A program made the position numbers and the translations under genes. Below are positions 25,363-36,263 of a stretch of 64,000 nt of DNA, piece after piece. The notes beneath the pieces are model-generated. The model did no database searches and was not told where the DNA came from. It saw only the letters and a program-made list of their open reading frames with translations. Position 1 is the first letter of the stretch. Every line of letters starts with the position of its first letter. The DNA comes from a virus, in the IMG/VR virus record IMGVR_UViG_3300032093_000068, positions 1 to 64,000 of that record; one strand, given 5' to 3'.

Positions 25363-26598
25363 ATGGCAAAATATAGAACAATCAAAGAAGCACCAATTGA
25401 TTACGAAGGTCCAGAGAGAATGGATCCAAGTATAGAAAGAAAAATTACATCTAAAACTACTCCTTACGCAGGTCACCCTGGACTTCCTAAATTAGACAGA
25501 GATGTTGTTGAGTTAATTTCCTCTCAGAGGTTTAAACAATCTGTAGAAAATGTAAGAAGATTTATGGGTGATACATCATCAATACAAGGACCTCCACAAA
25601 GAGTTCTCATGGGATTGATGCAATCTGCAATGAGATTATTTCCAAAAATATCTCAAATTGAATCCAATAATAAAGAATTTTTGGAAAATTTGGCGGTAGA
25701 ACTTGTTAAAAAGGAATTAGCAATACCTGAAGGATCTTTACAATTTGACGCACAATTAGTTTCAGGGATGATGGGAGCATCTGAAGGTATGCAAGGGTCA
25801 CCTGAAGAACCTTCACCTGAAGAAGTTAAGGACGCTTTTGCAAGTGCTAACGAAAACGCTGACGAATTAGAGGCCTTTATGGATGCTATGGAACAATTTG
25901 ACCAACAAAAAGCAAAAAGAAGGTTTATTAACGCTTTAATTGGTGGAGCATCAAAAAAGGGTCACTATATGTATCAATTAGTAGCGGATGAATTAAATAG
26001 AATTCATCCTGAGCTAATTAGATTATACGGTATGTCTCAATCAATTTTAGACCACCTTTACTGGATTTATCCTGAAGATATGTCATCTATGATGGCCGCA
26101 GGTGGTTCAGGACAAGCGGGACAATCTGAAATAGACACAGAAACTGATCCACCGACTGTTATAGCTAGAGGTATTTCTTTTCCAATTTTACTACATGAAT
26201 TAGTTAAAGGTGTTTTTGAAGTGTTAGGAACTCACGGACTACCTGATGATCCTCGTCAAGCTGAAATGGTAATTGCGTCACAAGATACATTACCTGCAGA
26301 AATTTGGGATTTAAGATTAGGTCCGATTTTTTGGGAAAAATTCACCGCCGCTTATCCTGACGAATTATTTGAAGAGGATAAAAAATACATTCAACATTAT
26401 CTATTCCAAAGATTTTCAGCCTTGGATCCAAAAAAGTTTTTCAAACTAACTCAATTTATTTTATCTGATAATCCTAAAGGTAAACAAGCTTTACAATTTA
26501 TGGTTGATGAAATTGTTGAGGAGCTTAAAGAACAAAATAAGAAAGGAATGTTTGGTGACGAAGACTATGATGAGGATGAGGATGAACCGACAGTTTAA
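25363..26598 (+). CDS. Hypothetical protein upstream of terminase
   Basis: 411-aa ORF in operon. Confidence 0.75.
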   Translation: MAKYRTIKEAPIDYEGPERMDPSIERKITSKTTPYAGHPGLPKLDRDVVELISSQRFKQSVENVRRFMGDTSSIQGPPQRVLMGLMQSAMRLFPKISQIESNNKEFLENLAVELVKKELAIPEGSLQFDAQLVSGMMGASEGMQGSPEEPSPEEVKDAFASANENADELEAFMDAMEQFDQQKAKRRFINALIGGASKKGHYMYQLVADELNRIHPELIRLYGMSQSILDHLYWIYPEDMSSMMAAGGSGQAGQSEIDTETDPPTVIARGISFPILLHELVKGVFEVLGTHGLPDDPRQAEMVIASQDTLPAEIWDLRLGPIFWEKFTAAYPDELFEEDKKYIQHYLFQRFSALDPKKFFKLTQFILSDNPKGKQALQFMVDEIVEELKEQNKKGMFGDEDYDEDEDEPTV

Positions 26599-26601
26599 TT
26601 A

Positions 26602-28377
26602 ATGTCATACACAAAAGAACAAGTATTAATTGAATATGTGAAGTGCGTAAAGGATACCCCTTACGCACTTCGCACATATTTACAAACCTACGATAATACT
26701 GTTTCAAAATATGTTCCGTTAGAATTATTTCCTGATCAAGTTTCCTTACTTGATGATTACGAAAACTACAACGAAAATATTGCATTAAAATATCGTCAAG
26801 CTGGAGTTTCAACAGTAACAGCAGCTTGGGCGTCCAAAAAATTGGCTTTTGCTAAAAAACAAAAACCCGAAAAAATATTGATTATTGCAAACAAACTTGA
26901 CACTGCGCAAGAAATGGCAAATAAAATAAGGGCTTTTGTTGAACAATGGCCTTCGTGGGTTGATATTGGATTTACAAAAGAAAAAAACTCACAAAGACAT
27001 TATAAATTAACAAACGGGTGTGAGGTAAAAGCGGTCGCAACATCAAAGGATGCTTTACGTGGATATACACCAACAATATTAATTTTTGACGAAGCCGCTT
27101 ATATTGAAGCGGATTCCGATTTTTGGTCGGCTTGTATGGCGTCTTTATCTACAGGTGGTAAAGTTATCGTTATTTCAACACCTAACGGTCACGATCCGAT
27201 TTATTATGAAATTTATGATCAGGCAAATCGTGGTATGAACGATTTTAAAATCTCTGAGATGTATTGGTATAAAGATCCAAGATACACCAAAGATTTATAT
27301 TTTGTTAAAACTGAAGATATAATTGATTATTTTTTAAATAAACAAAATTATAAGCCAAACCAAGTAATACAATTTGATGATTATGATGTTACAAATTTAG
27401 AACATCAGCAAAAAATCAAAGATTATATTCACGATGGATTCAAACCTAGCTCAACTTGGTTTGAATCTATGGTTAAAAAATTAAAATACGATAAAAGAAA
27501 AGTTAGCCAGGAATTAGAAACAAACTTTCTTGGTTCAGGTGACAACGTATTTGATTCAAAAATACTTCAAAAAATAAAAGAAAATTTTATTGCTGAACCT
27601 GAAAATAGAATGATGTCCAACTCTTTATGGATATGGAAAGAACCTGTTATGGGACATAAATACGTGATGGGTGTTGATGTTAGTAGAGGGGATAGTGAAG
27701 ATTATTCTACATTTGAAATAATAGATTTTGACGCAAGGGAACAAGTTGCGGAGTATGTTGGAAAAATACCTCCAGATGTTATGGCTGAAATTTGTTTTAA
27801 ATGGGCAAATATGTATTCTGCGTTTGTTGTAATTGATATTACTGGAGGAATGGGTGTATCTACATCAAGAAAAATGCAAGAATTGGGTTATAAAAATTTA
27901 TACGTTGATGGTGTTGATTATCAAAATAAATGGAAATACGATCCAAAACAAGCGGAAAAAATACCAGGTATTAATTTTAATTCAAAAAGAGTTCAAATTA
28001 TTGCATCATTTGAAGAAGCTATTAGACATGAGTTTGTAATTAAAAGTACAAGATTGTGGGGTGAGATGAATAATTTTGTTTATGTAAATGGAAGACCTGA
28101 CCATCAAAAGGGGGGTCATGACGACTTAATTATGTCAATTGCTATGGCGATGTATGTTGCTGAATCATCATTTAGTCAATTAACCAAAGTTACAGAACAG
28201 ACCAAAGCTATGATTAATTCTTGGACAGTTCAAGTGGATGATACACCATCAAAAACAATCGCATTTAATCCACAATCACCAAACATACCATCACGATATC
28301 AAGATCCAAATTTTAATTCAGGACCATCAAGAGAAGATTACGTCAAATATGGTTGGCTTTTTGGTGGTATGAGGTGA
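26602..28377 (+). CDS. Terminase large subunit (T4 gp17-like)
   Basis: KYRQAGVST, LRG..LIFDEAA, ISTPNG, GVDVSRG, GHDDLIM. Confidence 0.95.
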   Translation: MSYTKEQVLIEYVKCVKDTPYALRTYLQTYDNTVSKYVPLELFPDQVSLLDDYENYNENIALKYRQAGVSTVTAAWASKKLAFAKKQKPEKILIIANKLDTAQEMANKIRAFVEQWPSWVDIGFTKEKNSQRHYKLTNGCEVKAVATSKDALRGYTPTILIFDEAAYIEADSDFWSACMASLSTGGKVIVISTPNGHDPIYYEIYDQANRGMNDFKISEMYWYKDPRYTKDLYFVKTEDIIDYFLNKQNYKPNQVIQFDDYDVTNLEHQQKIKDYIHDGFKPSSTWFESMVKKLKYDKRKVSQELETNFLGSGDNVFDSKILQKIKENFIAEPENRMMSNSLWIWKEPVMGHKYVMGVDVSRGDSEDYSTFEIIDFDAREQVAEYVGKIPPDVMAEICFKWANMYSAFVVIDITGGMGVSTSRKMQELGYKNLYVDGVDYQNKWKYDPKQAEKIPGINFNSKRVQIIASFEEAIRHEFVIKSTRLWGEMNNFVYVNGRPDHQKGGHDDLIMSIAMAMYVAESSFSQLTKVTEQTKAMINSWTVQVDDTPSKTIAFNPQSPNIPSRYQDPNFNSGPSREDYVKYGWLFGGMR

Positions 28378-28439
28378 TATTTATTTTTTAGCTACAAAAT
28401 AGATGTTTATCTATTTATTGTTGTAGTTAATATTATATT

Positions 28440-30263
28440 ATGGAAAATAATAAAAATCTTACAGTTTGGCAAAGATTAACCCAAACATTTGGTCCCTATT
28501 CTTTATTGGGTCAAGATTATCCAACATACCAATACGATAAAAAGGAATTATTAAAAACAACTTCTAAAGATCAATTTGAAAAAGAGAAGTTGCAAGCTCA
28601 GCAAACTTATTATCTTGCCAATCAATGGACAAAAATTGAAAACAATTTATATACCCAAGCAACATATTATGAACCAACAAGGTTGGCGTCATTTTATGAT
28701 TTCGAATCTATGGAGTATACCCCCGAGATATCGGCAGCTCTTGACATATACGGTGAAGAATCAACAACAGTAAATCAAGATGGGTTAATGGTTCAGGTTT
28801 ATTCTGATTCGCAAAGAATTAAATCTATATTATCAGATTTATTTAACAATGCCCTTGATGTTAATACCAACTTACCTATGTGGACTCGTAATACATGTAA
28901 GTATGGTGATAATTTCGTTTATTTGAAACTTGATCCCGAAAAGGGTGTTGTTGGATGTATGCAATTACCAAATATTGAAATTGAAAGGTTGGAAATGGGT
29001 ATGGCTTCTAAAACTTACAACAAAGAAACTGATCCAAGAAACACGGGTTTGAAATTTACTTGGAAAGCTCGTGATATGGAATTTAATTCTTGGGAAATTG
29101 CACATTTCAGATTGTTAGGTGACGATAGAAAACTTCCTTATGGTACGTCAATGTTGGAAAAAGCAAGACGTATTTGGAAACAATTAATTTTGGCCGAAGA
29201 TGCGATGTTAATTTACCGTACATCAAGAGCACCCGAAAGAAGAATCTTTAAAGTCTTTGTGGGGAATATGGATGATCAAGATGTTGAAGCTTATGTTAAT
29301 CGTGTTGCAAACAAATTCAAACGCCAACAAGTGGTTGATCACAAGACAGGAAATGTTGATATGAGATTTAATCAAATGGCAGTTGATCAAGATTATTTTG
29401 TTCCTGTTAGAGATCCGGCTCAAGCGAGTCCAATAGAAACTTTACCCGGAGCTCAAAACTTAGCAGAAATTGCCGACATCGAGTATATTCAAAAGAAATT
29501 ATTAACCGCGCTTCGGGTACCAAAAGCGTTTTTAGGTTTTGAGGAACCAGTCGGTGATGGCAAAAATTTATCTTTAATGGATATTCGTTTCGCAAGAACA
29601 ATAAATAGGATTCAAAAAAGTATGTTATCTGAAATGAATAAAATTGCAATTATTCATTTATTTTTATTGGGATTTGAAGATGAATTAAGTAATTTTACGT
29701 TGGGATTAAATAATCCTTCAAAACAAGCAGATTTATTAGGTATTGATGTTTGGAAGGAAAAAATGTTGCTTTATAAAGATGCGGTTGCCGCTATTGAAGG
29801 AATTGCCCCTGTATCAGTTTCGTGGGCTAAAAAACATATTTTAGGATTTTCGGATGAAGAAATCAAACTTGATCTACAACAGCAAAGAATTGAAAAAGCG
29901 GTTGGTGCTGAATTAACAAATACGGCAACAATTATAGTTCATACAGGAATATTTGACAATGTTGATAAATTATATGGTCAGCAGACAGGAACAACTGCCG
30001 CTGCCGGTACCGCTCCACCACCGCCGCCTGGTGGTATGGAAGATATGGGAGGATTGGGATCTGAAGCTCCACCACCTCCACCACCATCACCTGAACCAGG
30101 TGGTGAAGCGGGTGTAACGCCAGAATCAAAAATAAGAGATAATATGAACATTTTGCTTGAACGAAATGATATGTTAAGTGACGATGATTTTATTGATTTG
30201 TCAAAGGCAAGAAATTCTTTGGGTGATATTGGCGATGAACTTGATAGATTATTAAATGATTGA
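28440..30263 (+). CDS. Portal protein (T4 gp20-like)
   Basis: EDAMLIYRTSRAPERRIF, DYFVPVR, IETLPG, ALRVPK. Confidence 0.95.
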   Translation: MENNKNLTVWQRLTQTFGPYSLLGQDYPTYQYDKKELLKTTSKDQFEKEKLQAQQTYYLANQWTKIENNLYTQATYYEPTRLASFYDFESMEYTPEISAALDIYGEESTTVNQDGLMVQVYSDSQRIKSILSDLFNNALDVNTNLPMWTRNTCKYGDNFVYLKLDPEKGVVGCMQLPNIEIERLEMGMASKTYNKETDPRNTGLKFTWKARDMEFNSWEIAHFRLLGDDRKLPYGTSMLEKARRIWKQLILAEDAMLIYRTSRAPERRIFKVFVGNMDDQDVEAYVNRVANKFKRQQVVDHKTGNVDMRFNQMAVDQDYFVPVRDPAQASPIETLPGAQNLAEIADIEYIQKKLLTALRVPKAFLGFEEPVGDGKNLSLMDIRFARTINRIQKSMLSEMNKIAIIHLFLLGFEDELSNFTLGLNNPSKQADLLGIDVWKEKMLLYKDAVAAIEGIAPVSVSWAKKHILGFSDEEIKLDLQQQRIEKAVGAELTNTATIIVHTGIFDNVDKLYGQQTGTTAAAGTAPPPPPGGMEDMGGLGSEAPPPPPPSPEPGGEAGVTPESKIRDNMNILLERNDMLSDDDFIDLSKARNSLGDIGDELDRLLND

Positions 30264-30286
30264 TATTTATATTAAAACAGAAAAAA

Positions 30287-31012
30287 ATGAAAATAGGTGT
30301 ATTAAAATCAAAAGTTGAAAAATTATTATCTGAAGCTTACACAAAAGGCACTTTTAAAGAAGAAATAAAAAATTTTAACAAGAATGTTTTATCAAATAAA
30401 AACATATCAAAACTATTTTATCTATATGATGAATTATCATCAAACAAAGGATATGATAAAAATGTTGCAGAAGATTTTGTTTTTGAATCAATAACTATGT
30501 TTGAAAACATATCAAACAAAATAGATAGAAGTGATTTGGATAGAATAAGAAAATGGACAATTGGAATTAATTCGCATAATCAATATATCACAATTGATAA
30601 TTTATTTTATAATTCATATGATGTTGCATTTTTGGAAAATAAAGTTAAAAGCAAACATGCTATAGTTGAGACATTAACGAAAAAAGAGATAATTGAGGAA
30701 AAAACTCCAATTTATCTTCCGATATCTTCTATGGTTAAGATCGCAAATAAAACAATTGACGATTTTATTTCAACTTTGAATGAGTCAGAAAAAAAAGAAC
30801 TTACATCGTTATTAAACGAAAGTGATCAGGTTTTAATGGAAAAATATAATTCTTTTAAAGATGAGGCTGTTGTTAAACTTGTTGTTGCTATGGAAAATGA
30901 AGATGACCAAAATGTTAAAAATACAATTTCAGAAACAATAGACACCATCAAAAGAAAAAAATATGATCGTTTAGAATATTTCCGATTGAAAAACTTGGTT
31001 AATAACATATAA
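30287..31012 (+). CDS. Hypothetical head-module protein
   Basis: ORF between portal and protease; TATTTAT at 30264. Confidence 0.75.
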   Translation: MKIGVLKSKVEKLLSEAYTKGTFKEEIKNFNKNVLSNKNISKLFYLYDELSSNKGYDKNVAEDFVFESITMFENISNKIDRSDLDRIRKWTIGINSHNQYITIDNLFYNSYDVAFLENKVKSKHAIVETLTKKEIIEEKTPIYLPISSMVKIANKTIDDFISTLNESEKKELTSLLNESDQVLMEKYNSFKDEAVVKLVVAMENEDDQNVKNTISETIDTIKRKKYDRLEYFRLKNLVNNI

Positions 31013-31078
31013 TTTTGACAATTTGATAATAATCATCTAATTTTTTTTCATAACAATAAACATGGAAAAAATGAGAGA

Positions 31079-31537
31079 ATGAAAAAAGGAAAAACCGCAA
31101 AAATAAGCGGGTTTAGATCATCAAAAGTTAATTATGGTACAGTAGATTCAAAAAGTTTAAAATCAATTTACATAAACATTCAAACATGGGTAGAACCAAA
31201 AGACGATTTTAATAATTGGACGAGGGTTGTGTTAAATATGTCAAGATCAGTGAAACATTCAGTTTATAACTGTATTGACAAAAGTTTATTTGACGAAAAA
31301 TTTATTGTTGATTTAGATTTACGAACAAGTGGAATACAATACAAAAAAAGGTCATTTATGAATTTAGAGATTAATCTATATCTTTTAGAGGAAATGGATT
31401 TTAAATCAACAACTCTTAAAAAATCTGTTAAAAAAATAGTAAGCTGTATTCATCAAGAAATATTCAAAAATAACGATTATTTCAATTTTCATATTACCAA
31501 AAAAGATAAATCACAATTGGTTGAGGTAGAAATATAA
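31079..31537 (+). CDS. Hypothetical protein
   Basis: 152-aa ORF. Confidence 0.75.
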   Translation: MKKGKTAKISGFRSSKVNYGTVDSKSLKSIYINIQTWVEPKDDFNNWTRVVLNMSRSVKHSVYNCIDKSLFDEKFIVDLDLRTSGIQYKKRSFMNLEINLYLLEEMDFKSTTLKKSVKKIVSCIHQEIFKNNDYFNFHITKKDKSQLVEVEI

Positions 31538-31567
31538 AGTTCAAAGTATTTATATAAAAATATAAAA

Positions 31568-32296
31568 ATGAAAGAACTTAAAATTTTAAAAGCCTACGAA
31601 TCAGGTAAGGGTATTCTGATTGAGGAAGATGCAGGATATGTGTCTCCTAAAGAATTTGGAAATCAGAACTTTTTGATGGAATCAAAAAATTTTTTGGATT
31701 ATAGTAAACCATTTGAGTTTTATGCTGTATTACAAAAATACAACACTCCAAATAGAAACGGTAGAATTTATCCTGAAAAGATTTTAAAAAGAGAAGCTGA
31801 AAATTATAAGAAAATAATAAATAAAGGCGTTTCATTATCTGAGTTAAATCATCCAGAATCTTCATTAATTGATTTGGACAGAGTATCTCACATTATAACT
31901 GATGTATGGTGGGATGGAAAAATTTTAATGGGAAAACTTAGATTATTAACTTCACCAGGATTTCACGAAAGAGGTGTGTGTACAACAAAGGGTGATTTAG
32001 CCGCAAATTATTTAAGACAAGGTGTAACTTTGGGAATTTCATCAAGGGGTGTCGGATCTTTAAAAAAAATTGGAGAACAAAATGAAGTTCAGGATGATTT
32101 TGAACTTATTTGTTTTGACTTAGTTTCTTCTCCATCAACACCTGGAGCTTATTTATTTTTAAATCCTGAAGATAAAAGTAACTTTGAAGAGAATTTGGAA
32201 GAAGAGAAACAAATTCAAAGGGAAAGGCAGGTTGGACCTGAAGCGAACAAGTCATTAGATTTAATGAAACGTTTGAACACTTATTTAAATAAATAA
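31568..32296 (+). CDS. Prohead protease (T4 gp21-like)
   Basis: NRNGRIYP, ELNHP, GISSRGVGS, FDLVSSPSTPGA. Confidence 0.93.
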   Translation: MKELKILKAYESGKGILIEEDAGYVSPKEFGNQNFLMESKNFLDYSKPFEFYAVLQKYNTPNRNGRIYPEKILKREAENYKKIINKGVSLSELNHPESSLIDLDRVSHIITDVWWDGKILMGKLRLLTSPGFHERGVCTTKGDLAANYLRQGVTLGISSRGVGSLKKIGEQNEVQDDFELICFDLVSSPSTPGAYLFLNPEDKSNFEENLEEEKQIQRERQVGPEANKSLDLMKRLNTYLNK

Positions 32297-32345
32297 AACT
32301 TGATTTTTTAAAAAGAAAATATCATATTTTATTAAAACTTAATTT

Positions 32346-32561
32346 ATGGACGAAAAATATTTTATCGCAAAACTTTATTATGAATTTCCTGATCAAGAAA
32401 CTGGAAAAATAAAAAAAGTAAAAGAAGAAAAGCTTGTCAAGGGTTATAATCCTACCGATATTGAAGCGAAAATTACAAAAAGATATCAAGATTTAACATT
32501 TGATTGGAGAATTACTTCAATTGCTGAAAGTAAAATTGACGAAGTTATAGAAGTCATTTAA
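32346..32561 (+). CDS. Hypothetical protein
   Basis: 71-aa ORF followed by terminator. Confidence 0.7.
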   Translation: MDEKYFIAKLYYEFPDQETGKIKKVKEEKLVKGYNPTDIEAKITKRYQDLTFDWRITSIAESKIDEVIEVI

Positions 32562-32586
32562 TTATATTAATTAATTTTTTCTATGA

Positions 32587-32616
32587 AAAAGGGAACCCAA
32601 AAGGTTCCCTTTTTTT
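32587..32616 (+). terminator. Intrinsic terminator
   Basis: AAAAGGGAACC-caaaa-GGTTCCCTTTTTTT. Confidence 0.8.
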
Positions 32617-32707
32617 ATTTATTTAAGTTTTTTTTAGCAAAAACGTATTAAAAATGGTTTTTTTTCAAAATAGCAATATTTATATGAAAAAATAAAACAT
32701 TTTTAAA

Positions 32708-34225
32708 ATGGCAAAAGAAAAAAATTTAGTCGAAGACGCTCTTATACAAATGAGGAATTTGGAAGAAGCAGTAGCCGAAAACGCAAAAGGAATACTTGCA
32801 TCAACAATGAAGCAAGAAATCAAAGATTTAGTAAAAGAATCGATCGTATCTGAACAAGATGACGAGGAGATTGAAACAGATGATGAAGTAGAAATTGACA
32901 CTGATTCTGATGAAGAAGAAATAGATATGGATATTGATTCCAATGAGGATGAAATGGATATGGATGTTGATTCTGATGAAGAAGAAATGGATTTTGATAT
33001 GGATTCTGATATTGAAGATACCACAATGTCTGATGATGAAGATGTAATAGATTTATCAGGTTCTGAAATTTCTGATGAAGACCTATTAAAGGTTTTCTTA
33101 GCAATGGATGAGAATGATGGTGTTATAGTAAAAAAAGACAACAACATGGTTAATTTAAAAGACGAAAACACTGATAAGGAATATATGATCCAAATGGAAT
33201 CCGAAGAAGAAATGGATGAAATGTACGACGAGATGGAAGAATCCGAAGAAGAAATGGACGAAACATACGACGAAGTGGATGAATCCGAAGAAGAAATGGA
33301 CGAAACATACGACGAGATGGAAGAATCCTATCAAGAAGAAGATGAAACAATGACGATGGACGAAGAAGAAATGGATATCGACTCTATTGTTAATCAAGTT
33401 TTTGGTTCTGATTCCGAAAAAATGGAAGAATCATATGATGACGAGGTAGTTTATGAGATTGAAATTGATGAAGAAGAGGATGAAGAAGATGAAGGTTACC
33501 AAATGGAATCCACAAAACCAAAAATTGGAAAAGGAGCTAAAATCGGAAAACCTAAATTCTCATATAAAAAACCATCAGGTGGATTCAAAGAAAAAATGAA
33601 ACAAGGAACAAAAGGTGTTGGTATTGGCAAAGGTCCGAAATTCGAATTCAAAGAAGGTAAAAAAGATATTTCCAATGCAGTTAAAAAGGAAATGACACCT
33701 TTCAAGAAAAAAGAAGAAACTAAGGAAGCTGCTCGTACACTAGGTATGGGAAGTAAATTTAGAAAAGGAGGTTTACCAAAACCAAGAGCTCACTCAAAAT
33801 CCAATATTAACATTGACGAACAAAAATACGAACAACAAATTCAAGTTCTTAGAGAGAAAAATGAAGAATATCGCAAAGCTTTAAATGTTTTTAGAGATAA
33901 ACTTAATGAAGTTGCAGTTTTCAATTCTAATCTAGCTTACGCTACAAGATTATTCACTGAACACTCAACATCAAAACAAGAAAAAATTAACATTTTAAGA
34001 AGATTTGACGATGTTGAAACTATCAAAGAATCTAAAAATTTGTATCGTACAATCAAAAATGAACTTTCACCTTCTCAAACAAAAGGTTCGATAAGTGAAT
34101 CGATTGAAGGTAAAATTGACAGATCACCATCATCGGGATCTGCAACCAATTTAATCGAGTCAAAAACTTATGAAAATCCTCAGTTTTTGAGAATGAAAGA
34201 TATCATGTCAAAAATAACAAAATAA
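32708..34225 (+). CDS. Prohead scaffold/core protein (gp22-like position)
   Basis: Very acidic, C-terminal coiled coil, directly upstream of the major capsid gene. Confidence 0.75.
   Translation: MAKEKNLVEDALIQMRNLEEAVAENAKGILASTMKQEIKDLVKESIVSEQDDEEIETDDEVEIDTDSDEEEIDMDIDSNEDEMDMDVDSDEEEMDFDMDSDIEDTTMSDDEDVIDLSGSEISDEDLLKVFLAMDENDGVIVKKDNNMVNLKDENTDKEYMIQMESEEEMDEMYDEMEESEEEMDETYDEVDESEEEMDETYDEMEESYQEEDETMTMDEEEMDIDSIVNQVFGSDSEKMEESYDDEVVYEIEIDEEEDEEDEGYQMESTKPKIGKGAKIGKPKFSYKKPSGGFKEKMKQGTKGVGIGKGPKFEFKEGKKDISNAVKKEMTPFKKKEETKEAARTLGMGSKFRKGGLPKPRAHSKSNINIDEQKYEQQIQVLREKNEEYRKALNVFRDKLNEVAVFNSNLAYATRLFTEHSTSKQEKINILRRFDDVETIKESKNLYRTIKNELSPSQTKGSISESIEGKIDRSPSSGSATNLIESKTYENPQFLRMKDIMSKITK
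33197..33328 (+). repeat. In-frame 42-bp tandem repeat, three copies (ESEEEMDExYDExx)
   Basis: Units start at 33197, 33239 and 33281. Confidence 0.9.
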
Positions 34226-34258
34226 AAAAATAAACTAAAAAATAAAATCCAATAAAAA

Positions 34259-36139
34259 ATGGGAGCATTATTAGAATCAGGTCTTGTTGGTAACATCGGG
34301 TTGAAACACCTTAAAGTTATCAAAGAAGACACAATCAACAAATGGGACAAATTAGGGTTCCTTGAAGGCCTAAAAGGTCACCTAAAAGAAAATGTGGCGC
34401 AGCTTTACGAAAACCAAGCGTCATTTTTAATAAACGAAGCAACTTCTGACTCATCTTCAGGTTCTTTTGAAACTGTTGTATTTCCTATCGTTAGACGTGT
34501 GTTCTCTAAATTGTTAGCGAACGAAATCGTATCAGTACAAGCAATGAACTTACCAATCGGTAAATTGTTCTACTTTGTACCTAAAATTCAGGGATACTCA
34601 GGTGGAACAGTAGTTAATGGTGTAAATATTACATCAGGAGATCACTACGCACCTGTTGGTTCACCTGGAAATTATCCTGGAGATCCTAACGCAGGATACA
34701 AATCAGGTACTGGTTCTTATAATTCTACATATGCTAGAAATCTTTACGATTTGTTCTATGAAGGTACTGAACCAGGTTTAAATCCTGGTGGTCTTTTTGA
34801 TTATTCAAAAGGTCGTTTTGTAACAATTACTGCTAACACACAAACTGTACAATGGACAAACGGTGTGTTAGTAACAGCAGCATTATCGTCTGGAGAGTAT
34901 AGAAAAATTATTGTGACTCTTTCAGGGTTTTCAAATGCTGGTGTAGGAAAATTAATTGGACCTGACGGTCAAGAAGTTGATACCGAATCATTTCTATCGA
35001 ATTTAGTTCTTTATACCGCAGATGCTACAGTAGCAGGGCAATTGGGTATAAGTGGCGCAACATCAAATGGTACTTACACACCTCTTTTATTTAGAGTGGT
35101 GACTCAGAGATACGGTAAAGGAATCGTAGCACCTACATACACATCTACCCCAGCTCCTTTTAATACTGATAGATCAGGTGGTAATGGTGGTTATTATGAT
35201 AACGTATGTAACCAAGACGGTATTATTTATTTGGAAATTGATGCTCAAGTACCTGTTTGCGTTTCTTGTGGTCAATCAACTCCAGATGGTTATTCAGGAG
35301 CAACAATTACCGCATCAGCTTGGTCAGGTACTGCTGAAAATGCACCAATCAAAGCGGCTTTCAGACGTTATGAAGAACTTGAATTTGAAGATAAAATCGG
35401 TGAAGTATCATTTGATCTTGAATCAGTAACAGTTTCTGTGACTGAAAGAAAATTAAGAGCACAATGGTCACCTGAATTAGCACAAGACGTTGCGGCATTC
35501 CATAACATCGACGCTGAAGCTGAATTGACAGCATTGTTGTCAGAACAAGTTGCGGCAGAAATCGACCGTGAAATCCTTCGTGACTTACGTAAAGGCGCGG
35601 CTTGGAACCTACGTTGGGATTACAACGGATGGAAGAGATTATCTTCAGGTACTACTCCATACACTCAAAAAGACTGGAATCAAACATTGATTACTGCGAT
35701 TAACCAAATTTCAGCTCAAATCCACAAATCAACACTTCGTGGTGGTGCTAACTGGATTATCGTTTCATCTGAAATTTCAGCAATTTTTGATGACTTGGAA
35801 TATTTCCACGTATCAAACGCATCACCTGAACAAGATCAGTACAACATGGGTATTGAAAGAGTTGGAACGTTAGCTGGTCGTTACCAAGTATATCGTGATC
35901 CATACTTCCCAGCAAACACTGTGTTGATTGGTCACAAAGGTACTTCGTTACTTGATACAGGTTACATCTACGCACCGTATGTACCACTTCAATTAACTCC
36001 AACAATGTACAATCCGTTTAACTTCACACCAATTAAAGGGATTATGACACGTTACGCGAAAAAAATGGTAAATAACAGGTTCTATGGCCGCATTACTGTT
36101 GATGGTGTTCGTACATTTGATTTGAACGAATTGAGATAA
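34259..36139 (+). CDS. Major capsid protein (T4 gp23-like)
   Basis: FPIVRRVF..VSVQAMNLP, RKLRAQWSPELAQD, EIDREIL, YAPYVPLQ, GIMTRY. Confidence 0.97.
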   Translation: MGALLESGLVGNIGLKHLKVIKEDTINKWDKLGFLEGLKGHLKENVAQLYENQASFLINEATSDSSSGSFETVVFPIVRRVFSKLLANEIVSVQAMNLPIGKLFYFVPKIQGYSGGTVVNGVNITSGDHYAPVGSPGNYPGDPNAGYKSGTGSYNSTYARNLYDLFYEGTEPGLNPGGLFDYSKGRFVTITANTQTVQWTNGVLVTAALSSGEYRKIIVTLSGFSNAGVGKLIGPDGQEVDTESFLSNLVLYTADATVAGQLGISGATSNGTYTPLLFRVVTQRYGKGIVAPTYTSTPAPFNTDRSGGNGGYYDNVCNQDGIIYLEIDAQVPVCVSCGQSTPDGYSGATITASAWSGTAENAPIKAAFRRYEELEFEDKIGEVSFDLESVTVSVTERKLRAQWSPELAQDVAAFHNIDAEAELTALLSEQVAAEIDREILRDLRKGAAWNLRWDYNGWKRLSSGTTPYTQKDWNQTLITAINQISAQIHKSTLRGGANWIIVSSEISAIFDDLEYFHVSNASPEQDQYNMGIERVGTLAGRYQVYRDPYFPANTVLIGHKGTSLLDTGYIYAPYVPLQLTPTMYNPFNFTPIKGIMTRYAKKMVNNRFYGRITVDGVRTFDLNELR

Positions 36140-36159
36140 TCAATTTAATTTTTAAATAC

Positions 36160-36191
36160 GAAAAGGGACAAGAAATTGTCCCTTTTTTTTT
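36160..36191 (+). terminator. Intrinsic terminator after the major capsid gene
   Basis: AAAAGGGACAA-gaaa-TTGTCCCTTTTTTTTT. Confidence 0.85.
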
Positions 36192-36263
36192 GGTGTAAAA
36201 TCAAATGTTGATGTTGCTTGTTTTTTTCCTCTTTTTAAGATATTTATTGTAAAAGTAAATATT

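Noticed and set aside
33197-33328. CRISPR array
   Set aside because: The repeats are contiguous, in-frame coding units without unique spacers; no cas genes in the window.
21276-36005. Antisense and alternate-frame ORFs inside head genes (for example 23016, 23424, 24705, 32680, 33155, 35178)
   Set aside because: Shadows of low-complexity or strongly biased coding sequence, with no motifs of their own.
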